DNA from: an uncultured Rickettsiaceae bacterium | GTDB lineage: Bacteria > Pseudomonadota > Alphaproteobacteria > Rickettsiales > Rickettsiaceae | DNA: 64,000 bases | Reading direction: 5' to 3' | Assembly: GCA_964351245.1 (NCBI GenBank) | Contig: CAYGNF010000002.1 | Span: forward strand, 882 to 64,881 | In this document: positions 30,194-40,202 of the stretch, one piece after another | How positions within the stretch are numbered: position 1 is the stretch's first letter | Layout: every line of letters begins with the position of its first letter | Position numbers and translations under genes: made by a program | The notes under the pieces: model-generated | The model's database searches: none | The model's input: only the letters and a program-made list of their open reading frames with translations | Told to the model about the DNA's origin: nothing

Positions 30194-30661
30194 ATGATTA
30201 AAGAGCCCACAACATATATAAATTACCCAAAACTTGTAGAAGATGCAATGAAGGAGATAGTAAAAAAACTCCTTAAACAGGCTGCAATAGAGGGTTTACA
30301 AGGTGCGCACTACTTTCTGATCACGTTTCTTACTCATGCAAAAAATGTTGTAATATCGAATAGGTTGATTAAAAAATACCCAACTGAAATGACGATAATT
30401 TTGCAACACCAATATGAGGATCTTAAAGTTACCGATAATCAAATGTCAGTAAAGCTCAGCTTTGATGGAATTAAGGAAAATATAACTATTCCTATTTCAT
30501 CATTAACGGCCTTTGTAGATCCAAGCACGAGATTTGCGCTTCAATTTCACCCTGAACTTGAGGTGGAGCAAGAAGTATTGCGCGATCTTAAACAAGATAA
30601 ATTAGCAAACAATCCAAAGGTTATAAGTCTTGAGAAATTTCGTAATAAAAATAATGTCTAG
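30194..30661 (+). CDS. sspB: ClpXP adaptor SspB-like protein
   Basis: 155 aa. YFLITFLTHAKNVVIS..LIKKYPTEMTIILQHQYEDLKV...LSFDG..E.ITIP..SLTAFVDPS..FALQF matches the alphaproteobacterial SspB pattern. Confidence 0.7.
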   Translation: MIKEPTTYINYPKLVEDAMKEIVKKLLKQAAIEGLQGAHYFLITFLTHAKNVVISNRLIKKYPTEMTIILQHQYEDLKVTDNQMSVKLSFDGIKENITIPISSLTAFVDPSTRFALQFHPELEVEQEVLRDLKQDKLANNPKVISLEKFRNKNNV

Positions 30662-30889
30662 AGATTTTTAGCGATTAGTATAAAACATGCTACTATGTCG
30701 CCAGTGTATACTATCGACCTCGATGCTTTGTTATTCTTTACGAACTGTTAATTTACACTATATTTGTAATCGGACTAAGAGTAAGATTTATGCGTCAATG
30801 CCGTTCAATATTTTTGACAAATGATATATCAAGATGGATGCACAGCATATTATTCATACGAGTGTTAATAAAGATAGTAGATAAATAGA

Positions 30890-31351
30890 GTGATTATACC
30901 CAATGTTACAATATACACTGATGGTGCCTGTAGCGGTAATCCTGGACCCGGAGGGTGGGGAGCGCAGATTTTATGCAAGAGTAAAGAAAAAAGAATTTCG
31001 GGTTATGAATTATATACAACAAATAATGCTATGGAGCTTATGGCGGCTATAGAGGCTTTATCGATACTGAAAACGAAATGCAATATCGATTTATACACAG
31101 ATAGTATATATGTACAAAATGGTATGACTAAATGGATATATTCATGGATAGAAAATAACTGGCGCAAAAAACACAGTTCAGAGGTAAAGAACAAAGAATT
31201 ATGGCAAAAACTCCACAGCTTGTCTCAAAAACATAACGTAATATGGCATTGGGTGAAGGGTCATTCTAATAATCAAGGTAATATAGTAGCAGATATGCTT
31301 GCGGTATCTGCAAGAAAAGAAGCGGAGAAATTAACAAATGTTCATAAATAA
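30890..31351 (+). CDS. rnhA: Ribonuclease HI
   Basis: IYTDGACSGNPGPGGWG, TNNAMELMA, YTDSIYV and WHWVKGHSNNQGNIVAD motifs. GTG start. Confidence 0.9.
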   Translation: MIIPNVTIYTDGACSGNPGPGGWGAQILCKSKEKRISGYELYTTNNAMELMAAIEALSILKTKCNIDLYTDSIYVQNGMTKWIYSWIENNWRKKHSSEVKNKELWQKLHSLSQKHNVIWHWVKGHSNNQGNIVADMLAVSARKEAEKLTNVHK

Positions 31352-31646
31352 TCTTTTTATACGTCTAACCTCAAAAAATGTTGGCGAAGATTCCTGTGGC
31401 AATAAATATTATACTCGCAAACATAGAAGATATGTTATATATGGTGGTTTAATAGAGCCTACTAAAGTACCTCCTATGTGGCATGCATGGTTACACTATT
31501 TAACAGATAGTATACCTTCTGCTGAGGATTTAGAAACCCATAATTGGCAACAGAAATATTCTCCTAGCCTCACGGGTACAAAAATATCCTATACACCAGA
31601 GAGAAAATTGGTATCTTCGGAATATACATCTTGGAACCCTGAATAA
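31338..31646 (+). CDS. NDUFA12-family protein (NADH:ubiquinone oxidoreductase subunit-like)
   Basis: GEDSCGNKYY...RRYVIYGG..EPTKVPPMWHAWLH is the NDUFA12 signature. Overlaps the rnhA end by 14 bp. Confidence 0.8.
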   Translation: MFINNLFIRLTSKNVGEDSCGNKYYTRKHRRYVIYGGLIEPTKVPPMWHAWLHYLTDSIPSAEDLETHNWQQKYSPSLTGTKISYTPERKLVSSEYTSWNPE

Positions 31647-31658
31647 TTGAGTAAAATA

Positions 31659-32132
31659 ATGAAACAAAATTTAATAGAAAAAATACTAGGATTCGCAGTG
31701 ATTTTTGCATCATGCTTTTTCCTGATCTTTGCTTATAATAAAAATAATAGCGATGCTGATGAAGAATATACGCTTATTGCAAAATTTGAGAATGTGGAAG
31801 GTATTCTGAAAGGTAGCGATATACAAATTGCAGGAATAATAGTAGGCAGAGTAGTAGACATGCAACTCGATACTCAAACATTCAGTGCAATACTGACTCT
31901 TGCTTTAAATAAGCGAGTCATTATACCGAAGGATTCTAGAGCTGCGGTATCAAGCTCAGGGCTGCTCGGAGGAAAGTATATTGGTATCACGCCAGGAGGA
32001 GATGACACTAACCTAGCAGAGGGTGATCAAATTAAGTATACTCAATCATCTCTTAATCTCGAAACATTGATTGGGAAGTTTATGTATTCAGGATCTTCCG
32101 GCTCATCCAATAAAGCACCTGGAGCTGAATAA
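31659..32132 (+). CDS. mlaD: Outer-membrane lipid asymmetry protein MlaD (MCE domain)
   Basis: N-terminal TM segment, then an MCE-domain pattern (F.NVEGILKGSDIQIAGIIVGRV..M.LD....A...L). The ATG at 31659 is preferred over the TTG at 31647. Confidence 0.75.
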   Translation: MKQNLIEKILGFAVIFASCFFLIFAYNKNNSDADEEYTLIAKFENVEGILKGSDIQIAGIIVGRVVDMQLDTQTFSAILTLALNKRVIIPKDSRAAVSSSGLLGGKYIGITPGGDDTNLAEGDQIKYTQSSLNLETLIGKFMYSGSSGSSNKAPGAE

Positions 32133-32230
32133 TATCAAGTACCAATTAAATTGACTTTTGATTTAAATGATACTTTATACAGCGCTATTAAAGTGAACTG
32201 CATGATCCATCAATCTGATGGCTGTGATTA

Positions 32231-33136
32231 TTATCTTAAAAGCAATTTTACGGTTTTAATGCTTCTGGCATTAGCTTCGATGATTTCAGCAAATATATTA
32301 TCATCTATAGTGATAGTGCTACCAGCTTTAGGGAAATAACCTGCCCTTGTCAGAACAAGACCTCCTACTGTTTCAAAATAGTCTCCTGGTTTTTTTAGCG
32401 TCAGAGATAGGGTTTTTTCTAATTTTTCTATCTCAACCCTTGCATTACATAATACCGTATTTGGATTTAGTAATTTAAAAGTCTCTACCCCTACTTCTGC
32501 TACATCATGCTCATCATCTATCTTGCCGACAATCTCACTCATAATATCTTCTATAGTAACTATACCATCAGTGCCTCCGTACTCGTCAATTACCACAGCT
32601 ATATGGGTCTTGCGTTTTTGCATTTCTGATAATAAATCTATGAGTCTCATAGAGGGCACTACAAGCAAATGTTTTCTAAGGAGTTTTTTTATGCTTAAGG
32701 TTTGCTTTTGTGCTATTGCGCAAAATATATCCTTGATATTAATAAAACCAACTATATTATCCATAGTATCTTGGTACACAAGTGTTCTTGTATGACAATT
32801 ATCCAATATTGTTGCTAAAATTTCTGACTCTGTGTTAGTGATCTTGATTGCGCAAATATCAGATCTAGGTACTAATATCCTTGAAGCAGTTTTGTTGCGG
32901 AACTCTTGGAAATGTTGGTATATCGAATCTTCATCTATATTAATTTCTACTTTATCGCCTTGAGAATCCAAATCCTTTGACTGATCTATGGCAACTTGAT
33001 TTGCTACTTTCATATTATGATATTCGTCAGTATCAAATTTGAAAAAGTTTTTAAATGCTGTAAAAATAGAGATTTTAGAATCACCATCATCAGATTTAGG
33101 TTCAATAGACGCAATCTTATTACTTCTATTCTTCAT
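32231..33136 (-). CDS. tlyC: Hemolysin C / CorC family protein (CBS pair plus CorC_HlyC domain)
   Basis: Tandem CBS region and a C-terminal transporter-associated domain (ETVGGLVLTRAGYFPKAGSTITID). Conserved ybeY-tlyC/corC order. Confidence 0.85.
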   Translation of the reverse strand: MKNRSNKIASIEPKSDDGDSKISIFTAFKNFFKFDTDEYHNMKVANQVAIDQSKDLDSQGDKVEINIDEDSIYQHFQEFRNKTASRILVPRSDICAIKITNTESEILATILDNCHTRTLVYQDTMDNIVGFINIKDIFCAIAQKQTLSIKKLLRKHLLVVPSMRLIDLLSEMQKRKTHIAVVIDEYGGTDGIVTIEDIMSEIVGKIDDEHDVAEVGVETFKLLNPNTVLCNARVEIEKLEKTLSLTLKKPGDYFETVGGLVLTRAGYFPKAGSTITIDDNIFAEIIEANARSIKTVKLLLR

Positions 33137-33668
33137 AAAGTGGAGGCCTATTAATGTGCAATGTATTTAGCAATTTTATTTCTGATTTTTTCATAATTGC
33201 GTAGTCCTCTTGAGTCTCGTGATCGAAGCCTACTAAATGCAGTATAGCATGTATCAAAAGATGAGTAAAATGATTTTGTATCGTAATTTTATAGTGCGTG
33301 GCTTCTCGTTCTATTGTTTCAAGCCCGAATGCTATATCTCCCAATATGACATTACCTATAAAATCTTGATGACTGATATTTTTGTAATTAAGATCTTTTT
33401 CGGGAAAAGCAAGTACATTAGTTGGTTTATCGGTGTTTAAGAATCGTTTATTGAGCGCTTGCATTTCATTATCATCAGTAAGCAATAAGCTGACTTCAAT
33501 AGAATCTGCGTATTGTAAAAATTCATTACATTCTATGAACATCTTTAATATATCTCTACAAAATACTTTCTTTGCAAATTTGACACTATTCCATTTTTTA
33601 TTTGCCTTTATTATATGGACTTTTATGTCATTTGTTATCTTGTGAGATGGTTTGGGTTTAATTTGCAT
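33126..33668 (-). CDS. ybeY: rRNA maturation endoribonuclease YbeY
   Basis: Zinc motif HLLIHAILHLVGFDHE. Overlaps the tlyC start. Confidence 0.85.
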   Translation of the reverse strand: MQIKPKPSHKITNDIKVHIIKANKKWNSVKFAKKVFCRDILKMFIECNEFLQYADSIEVSLLLTDDNEMQALNKRFLNTDKPTNVLAFPEKDLNYKNISHQDFIGNVILGDIAFGLETIEREATHYKITIQNHFTHLLIHAILHLVGFDHETQEDYAIMKKSEIKLLNTLHINRPPLYEE

Positions 33669-33723
33669 TAAATTTAGTGATCTTATCAGTTCATAAATTA
33701 TATAAATTTTTTATCAATTTGCA

Positions 33724-34797
33724 ATGTCAGAAGAATCAGAAGACAAAGAATCAAAGACCGAACAACCCTCTGAGAGGAAGTTGGAAGAGTCCCTAGATAA
33801 AGGAAATATAGCATATTCCCGTGAAGTCACGAGCTTTATGATGTTATTGAGCCTTACTATTGTTACTATCTTTATTCTACCTTTTACGGTTGAGAGAGTA
33901 GGATTTAGTCTTAGATTAATAATAGAGCATGCTGGCACAAATGAACTCAATGAATTTGGTTTTGGCAATCTGATAATTCAGAGTTTTAATAGAGCGATAT
34001 TTTTTGTGCTACCTATATTTATTTGCATTATATCCATGGTAATATTGTCGAGCTTTATGCAACAAAATAGATTTATTTTTGCTCCAGACAGAATGATGCC
34101 AGATATATCGAGAATTTCTATTATGCAGGGTATAAAGCGCATGTTTTCCTTGAAAAGTCTAGTGGAATTCGGCAAAGGTATAATTAAGATAATAATCACT
34201 GGAACAATAATATATTATATCGTCATGAGCGATATTAAGGCGTTATCTTTATATCCTACTATGCCTAACGAAGTTGCAATCAAGCAATTATTCAAAATTA
34301 TCAATGATATACTAATATCTATATGCTTGTTCATGTGCGCTGTAGCAGTAGCAGATTTTTTCTATCAAAAATACGAGCATATTAAGGGGCTCATGATGAG
34401 TAGACACGAGATTAAGGAAGAATATAAGCAAACAGAAGGTAGCCCCGAAATCAAACGTAAACAGCGTCAGTTAATGCAATCCAGCGCCAAGAGGCGTATG
34501 ATGACTGATATTCCAGATGCAGATGTGATTATCACCAATCCTCAGCATTACTCTATTGCGCTGCGTTATATACAAGGAGAAATGATAGCTCCTATTATTG
34601 TTGCAAAAGGTCTTGATCTTATTGCTTTTAAGATCAGAAAAATAGCAGAAGAGCATGATGTGCCAATAGTTGAAAACCCTCCTCTTGCAAGAGCTTTATA
34701 TGTTATTGATCTCGGCAGCCCTGTTACAGTCGAGCATTACGAAGCAGTCGCAGAAATCATTAGTTATGTATATCGATTAAAACGCAAAAAAATCTAA
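33724..34797 (+). CDS. flhB: Type III (flagellar-type) export apparatus switch protein FlhB
   Basis: 357 aa. N-terminus SKTEQPSERKLEESLDKGNIAYSREV, 4 TM segments, MSRHEIKEEYKQTEGSPEIKRKQR linker, and an autocleavage-site region VIITNPQHYSIALRY (canonical NPTH). Confidence 0.85.
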   Translation: MSEESEDKESKTEQPSERKLEESLDKGNIAYSREVTSFMMLLSLTIVTIFILPFTVERVGFSLRLIIEHAGTNELNEFGFGNLIIQSFNRAIFFVLPIFICIISMVILSSFMQQNRFIFAPDRMMPDISRISIMQGIKRMFSLKSLVEFGKGIIKIIITGTIIYYIVMSDIKALSLYPTMPNEVAIKQLFKIINDILISICLFMCAVAVADFFYQKYEHIKGLMMSRHEIKEEYKQTEGSPEIKRKQRQLMQSSAKRRMMTDIPDADVIITNPQHYSIALRYIQGEMIAPIIVAKGLDLIAFKIRKIAEEHDVPIVENPPLARALYVIDLGSPVTVEHYEAVAEIISYVYRLKRKKI

Positions 34798-35120
34798 TAT
34801 CTTTTTACAACAAAAGAAGAGGGGAGCGGACTGAATTGATAATAGTCCACACTTATTCTTTTCTCAGTATTATATAATAGGTTTTATAATCTCACTTGCT
34901 GCAATAAATCTTAATCTTTAATTATATTATTAGTAATCTCAACACAACTCATAGGTAAAAATAGCGTTAAATAGGCATTTAGTAATTAATAATTTGATAA
35001 TTGCTATCATATTATTTTATTATAACCATGAGATGTACTTATGTGCGTAGTCAATGTTTGTAATATATCTAATAATAATAGATTGTAGATTAGTAGCCCA
35101 CAAATCTTGATTGACTATAC

Positions 35121-35438
35121 ATGTATATTACTCACAAGAACACACAAATGAGCATAGCTAGAATGAATAATGACCCTTTATTTATTGGACTCACTAGACC
35201 GCCTCTAATTATGGGTGTGAGTATCAAATTCGCGGTGCTCAATATGCTATTATGCGGCATAGGTTATATTTATAGCAATAGTATTAAGGTAGTTTTTGTA
35301 GGAGTAGTGATCCACTTAATCGGATTTCTTGTATGTATGAAAGAGCCTCGGTTCATAGAATTATATATTAACAAATTCAGCAAATGTAATAAGTGTCCTA
35401 ATAAAAGTTATTACGGCGCTAATTCCTATGATTTTTGA
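35121..35438 (+). CDS. virB3: Type IV secretion system protein VirB3
   Basis: DPLFIGLTRPPLIMGV motif plus two TM segments. Start is ambiguous (ATG at 35121, 35148 or 35163). Its stop overlaps the virB4 region. Confidence 0.85.
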   Translation: MYITHKNTQMSIARMNNDPLFIGLTRPPLIMGVSIKFAVLNMLLCGIGYIYSNSIKVVFVGVVIHLIGFLVCMKEPRFIELYINKFSKCNKCPNKSYYGANSYDF

Positions 35439-35446
35439 GTAAACTA

Positions 35447-37861
35447 ATGAAGTTTTTTGGAACAAAAACTAATAAACACGCAATCTCATCTAGGGAAGTG
35501 CATGTGCGTGATTTTATACCATATCACTGCCATTGGAATAAAAATACTATTCTTACAAAAAACAAAGAGCTGATACAAATTATTAAAATATCAGGTTTTT
35601 CCTTTGAAACTGCTGATGATGAAGATCTAGAATCAAGAAAGCATTTGAGAAATTTATTATTTAAGAGCTTAGCTTCTGGTAATATTAATCTATACTTTAA
35701 TACAGTTCGCAAAAAAAAGCCGCTTGATTTCAGTAAATCAAATCTGAGCTTCGATCCTACCCTAAAAATCCCTAACGATTTTGTTACTTATCTCGGTAAT
35801 GAATGGAAGAAAAAATACGACAATACAGAGTCTTATTTTAATGAATTATATATCACGATTATATATAAAGCCGATACTGCAGGAGTCGCAATATTACAAC
35901 ATTATATCAAAATGATTAACCACGCTTCTAACAAATCTGAATGGGAATCAGAAATGAGAACAATTTTTGAGAGTTTAGAAGAGATGTCTATGCGAGTGGT
36001 CAATACTTTCAAAGATTATGAAGCAAGAATATTATCTGTGGTTGACTCCGAAGATGGATCTTATTGCGAAATGCTAGAATTTTTGGGTACTTTAGTAAAT
36101 TGCGGCCAATCCTCCCCTGTATTAGTACCAAGAGCCTCAATTGATCAATATCTTCCAACATCCAGGTTACTTTTTGGAGGTAAATCTATGGAGGCTAGGA
36201 GCCCGAAAGGCTTTTGGTACGCAGGTATTATATCTATTTTTGAGTATGGTCCTTTCACACATGCTAGTACTTTTGATAGATTTTTATTATTGCCTTTTGA
36301 GTTTATTTTATCCCAAAGCTTTAGTTTTGCGAATAGGGCTGTTGCAATAGGCACTATGCAAACTCAACAAAAAAGGATGATAAATGCAGGAGACAAGGCA
36401 GTATCTCAGATAGAAGAAATAAACGTAGCATTAGACATGGCAATGAGCGGAGAAATCGCATTTGGAGAGCATCATTTATCATTACTATGCAAAGCTGATG
36501 AAATAAAAGAATTGGAAAATATTCTTTCGGTAGCAGGCGTTGAGATAGCAAATTGCGGTATGCAGTCTGTTAGGGAGACTGTTAATTTGGAGCCTAGCTA
36601 TTGGGGGCAACTACCAGGCAATAATGATTATATAGTACGCAAATGTACAATTAATTCTCTAAATCTAGCATGCTTTGCATCCATGCATAATTATCCACTA
36701 GGTAAAATTTCTGGGAATCACTGGGGTGACTTCGTAACAGTCCTGGAAACTACATCGGGCACGCCATATTTTTTTAACTTTCACGTAAGAGATGTGGGGC
36801 ACACATTGATTATTGGTCCAACAGGTGCGGGGAAAACTGTTTTAATGAATTTCCTTTGCGCACAAGCTCAAAAATTTAAATGTAGAATGTTCTTTTTTGA
36901 TAAAGATAGGGGTGCCGAGATATTCATTAGAGCATTGTCTGGGGTGTATAACGTAATAGATCCAGGCGCTAACTGCGGCTTTAATCCATTGCAATTACCT
37001 GATACTAGTGAAAATAGAACCTTTTTGCTGGAATGGATGAGAATTTTGGTCACAATCACAGAGTCTCATCTATCTGCAGATGATATTAAGCTCCTAACTC
37101 AAGCAATTGAAGGTAATTATAAATTAGATAAAAAGGACAGAAAGCTTTCTAATATAGTGCCATTTTTAGGTATGGACGGACCTGATACTCTCGCAGGTAG
37201 GATAGCGATGTGGCATGGTAGAGGCTCTCACGCAAGAGTCTTTGATAATGATATAGATATAATGGACTTGTCCCAAGATAGAGTCTTTGGATTTGAAATG
37301 GCGGAGCTTTTGAAAGATAAGATATGCCTTGCTCCTGCTCTAGTATATATTTTTCATAGAATTAATTTATCTCTTGACGGATCAAGTACGATGATTGTTC
37401 TTGATGAGGCCTGGGCTCTGATAGACAACCCAGTATTTGCCCCAAAAATCAAAGATTGGCTAAAGGTACTAAGGAAGCTCAATACTTTTGTAATTTTTGC
37501 TACTCAAAGCGTCGAAGATGCTGCTAAAAGTATGATCAGCGATACTCTGATTCAACAAACTGCAACGCAAATATTTTTACCTAATTTAAAAGCTACAGAT
37601 GTATATAGATCAAGTTTTATGCTCAGTAAAAGAGAATACGAAATTATCAAAACCACAGATCCATCTTCTAGATATTTTTTAGTAAAGCAAGGGATCAATT
37701 CTGTTGTCGCTAGAGTCAATTTAAGTGGAATGGATAATATAATCAATGTGCTTTCTGGTAGAACTGAGACTGTACGCATATTGAGAGATATAAGAAAAAC
37801 GCACGGAGAGGATCCGCGAAAATGGCTGCCATATTTTTATGAGGCTGCATCTAAAGTGTAA
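35447..37861 (+). CDS. virB4: Type IV secretion system ATPase VirB4
   Basis: About 800 aa. Walker A GPTGAGKTVLMNF, Walker B MIVLDEAW, FATQS. ATG at 35447; the TTG at 35435 is the alternative. Confidence 0.95.
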   Translation: MKFFGTKTNKHAISSREVHVRDFIPYHCHWNKNTILTKNKELIQIIKISGFSFETADDEDLESRKHLRNLLFKSLASGNINLYFNTVRKKKPLDFSKSNLSFDPTLKIPNDFVTYLGNEWKKKYDNTESYFNELYITIIYKADTAGVAILQHYIKMINHASNKSEWESEMRTIFESLEEMSMRVVNTFKDYEARILSVVDSEDGSYCEMLEFLGTLVNCGQSSPVLVPRASIDQYLPTSRLLFGGKSMEARSPKGFWYAGIISIFEYGPFTHASTFDRFLLLPFEFILSQSFSFANRAVAIGTMQTQQKRMINAGDKAVSQIEEINVALDMAMSGEIAFGEHHLSLLCKADEIKELENILSVAGVEIANCGMQSVRETVNLEPSYWGQLPGNNDYIVRKCTINSLNLACFASMHNYPLGKISGNHWGDFVTVLETTSGTPYFFNFHVRDVGHTLIIGPTGAGKTVLMNFLCAQAQKFKCRMFFFDKDRGAEIFIRALSGVYNVIDPGANCGFNPLQLPDTSENRTFLLEWMRILVTITESHLSADDIKLLTQAIEGNYKLDKKDRKLSNIVPFLGMDGPDTLAGRIAMWHGRGSHARVFDNDIDIMDLSQDRVFGFEMAELLKDKICLAPALVYIFHRINLSLDGSSTMIVLDEAWALIDNPVFAPKIKDWLKVLRKLNTFVIFATQSVEDAAKSMISDTLIQQTATQIFLPNLKATDVYRSSFMLSKREYEIIKTTDPSSRYFLVKQGINSVVARVNLSGMDNIINVLSGRTETVRILRDIRKTHGEDPRKWLPYFYEAASKV

Positions 37862-37868
37862 AAAACAT

Positions 37869-40190
37869 ATGAAAAGTTTGAATACTTTTTTAATAATCAT
37901 AATACTCTCAGGAGTGATGTGCAATACTGCAGATGCTAGTTCTGAAGCTGATACGGCATCGGATGTATTAAAGTTTCTAAGCTGTGAAACTGGATATCTA
38001 GGCAATTGGGTTGAGGGAAATACACATCCTTATAGTTGTTTCTCCGAGCCTCTCATTAAGCACGCTGCTTTGTTTGGTATCCTCGGTTACAGCTCCTTTA
38101 ATACTATTGCAAGACTAAAGATTTACGATGAAGACATATTTCCGGGTAATTGTGCGAGGGAAAATAGAGTAGATCCTAAGGATCCAAAATTACACTATGG
38201 TTTTTGTAATAATATACTATTACTAGCTTCAAATGCCTCAGCGATCTTTGAAAGCGCATCGAGCGGTGAATGGACATTTCCTGATCCTTCGGAGTATACA
38301 ATAAAATTTCACCACTCCAGTGGCGTTAATAGTATTATGGCTGATTTAACCTTTCTACCCCCAGACGCTACCGATATTGTACGCAATGCTTCTGGGCTCC
38401 CAATCTGGAATCTTATATATAGAGTGCAAAAAATACAAGATAAGATTTGTGTTCAGATGTTTGTGCCTATACTTTTCAGTTACATAAGCATAGGTTGTAA
38501 ATATATAGAAGAGCCATATAAGACATCGGTATATGACAATCCACCCTTAGATAGATGCGACAGCACATATAATTGCTCGAAGAATGTACAGGAAGCCTCA
38601 AGGACCTTTACCCCAGTTATAGCAACTATTGTTTCATGCGTCAGAGATGTCATAATTTCGATGTTAATCGACGATCAAATTTGTATTGCAAGTACCGATG
38701 AAGCCTCCGAGTTATTAGGCGGGCCTGCTACTACAATCACACAAAGTAGTTTAATACATCAATTTCAAGTATCGATGAGAAAGGTTGTAACCGGCTTCCT
38801 TACTCTATATGTTTTTTTATTTGGTTGCAGACTCGCATTAACCCCGGAAACAATTACGCAGAAAGATCTAGTAAATTTTATATTTAAATTCGTACTAGTT
38901 ACTTATTTTTCTATAGGTATTAATACAAATTTAAGTGGGAATACTAGATTTGATGGAATGACTCAGTGGATTTTTCCTTTGCTATTTTCTGGCTTAAATG
39001 ACATGACGAATTGGATGATGTATGCCTCAAGCATTAATGGATTATGTAATTTTGCAGACACTCCTGTAACCAATAATATGAATAATGTAGGATTAGCCTT
39101 ATGGGATCAAATAGATTGTAGGCTTGCTTACTATATAGGTTACGATGTTGTGGGCGAAATGATGGCGGGAATTACATGGGCAAATGATCCTGTAGGACAT
39201 CAAATTCCTCCTTACATATTGATAGTAATACCTGCGCTTTTTTTTGGCCTAATTCCTCTTGCAGTACTTGCAATCTATTATCCAATAATGGTGATATCAT
39301 TAGTTGCGTATGTTATCGCAATGTATATCAATGCCTTGATCATTATATCAGTCCTTGGTGTACTGGCGCCTCTTTTTGTGCCCATGGCCCTTTTTAGTTA
39401 TACATATGGTTATTTTACAAAGTGGTGGAGGATTTTATTTGCTATGATGATCCAGCCAGTAATTGCTATGCTATTTCTTAGTTTATTTTTTGCTGTGTTT
39501 GATAGAGCTTTTTACGGTACTTGTATCTATAAACCAGTAAATATTAACTATTTTCGACATGATGGAGATGAGATTACTACACAGAAGAATTACAGAACGT
39601 TTTATATTAGTTACGATATCTCAGATTATGAAAATAGCTCAGCCCTAGATTCATGCAAAACAAGTCTTGGATCATTTTTGAGCGGAGGAAAGGAGTTGAA
39701 TTATCAGCCCCCGGAAAATATAGACATTCATACTTATGAAAACTTTAAAGATCAGCTGGTTAACACTGACTCAGATGTGTTTAATGGCGCCAAGAGACCA
39801 AGAGTAGAGTGGATAGAAGGTTTGTTCACCAAGCATCCAAAATTATCATGGGAGGCTTTAATTGAAGCAACCAAGAGCTTTATACTATGCTACTCCGTAT
39901 TAACAGCAATGCGTATGATGCTTGATATTTTACCAAAATTTATATCAGATTTATCAGGCTCAGATATTAGAGCATCCAACGCATTTGTAATATCTAATGA
40001 ACAGGGCTCAGGAGTTATGGATGCATTCAATAGAAGGGCCGAAACCGGTATGCAATCTTTAGGCAGAGTGTTTGAGAGAGGCAGGAGATATACAAAGGAA
40101 AGTGGAGGCAACCTATTCGAAAGAATCGGTAAGGGGTTTACAGGAATCGGGCGCAGATCCAATAACAATAAAACATCTACAAAAGATTAG
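37869..40190 (+). CDS. virB6: VirB6/TrbL-family T4SS inner-membrane protein, paralogue 1
   Basis: Signal-like N-terminus MKSLNTFLIIIILSGVMC, a ~300-aa Cys-containing N-terminal domain, and a polytopic core with FLTLYVFLFGCRLAL and LAPLFVPMALFSYTYGYFTKWWRILFAMMIQPVI. Hydrophilic G/R-rich tail. Confidence 0.8.
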   Translation: MKSLNTFLIIIILSGVMCNTADASSEADTASDVLKFLSCETGYLGNWVEGNTHPYSCFSEPLIKHAALFGILGYSSFNTIARLKIYDEDIFPGNCARENRVDPKDPKLHYGFCNNILLLASNASAIFESASSGEWTFPDPSEYTIKFHHSSGVNSIMADLTFLPPDATDIVRNASGLPIWNLIYRVQKIQDKICVQMFVPILFSYISIGCKYIEEPYKTSVYDNPPLDRCDSTYNCSKNVQEASRTFTPVIATIVSCVRDVIISMLIDDQICIASTDEASELLGGPATTITQSSLIHQFQVSMRKVVTGFLTLYVFLFGCRLALTPETITQKDLVNFIFKFVLVTYFSIGINTNLSGNTRFDGMTQWIFPLLFSGLNDMTNWMMYASSINGLCNFADTPVTNNMNNVGLALWDQIDCRLAYYIGYDVVGEMMAGITWANDPVGHQIPPYILIVIPALFFGLIPLAVLAIYYPIMVISLVAYVIAMYINALIIISVLGVLAPLFVPMALFSYTYGYFTKWWRILFAMMIQPVIAMLFLSLFFAVFDRAFYGTCIYKPVNINYFRHDGDEITTQKNYRTFYISYDISDYENSSALDSCKTSLGSFLSGGKELNYQPPENIDIHTYENFKDQLVNTDSDVFNGAKRPRVEWIEGLFTKHPKLSWEALIEATKSFILCYSVLTAMRMMLDILPKFISDLSGSDIRASNAFVISNEQGSGVMDAFNRRAETGMQSLGRVFERGRRYTKESGGNLFERIGKGFTGIGRRSNNNKTSTKD

Positions 40191-40202
40191 GTACATTACA
40201 CA

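Noticed and set aside
32151-32339. 62-aa ORF in the mlaD / tlyC convergent gap
   Set aside because: It overlaps the 3' end of tlyC on the opposite strand and has neither a motif nor a plausible start context.
34798-35120. CtrA-like TTAA-N7-TTAA boxes or clear -35/-10 elements in the flhB / virB3 spacer
   Set aside because: I found only near-matches, such as TTAA-N7-TTTA. In DNA this AT-rich such half-sites are expected by chance, so no regulatory site is claimed.
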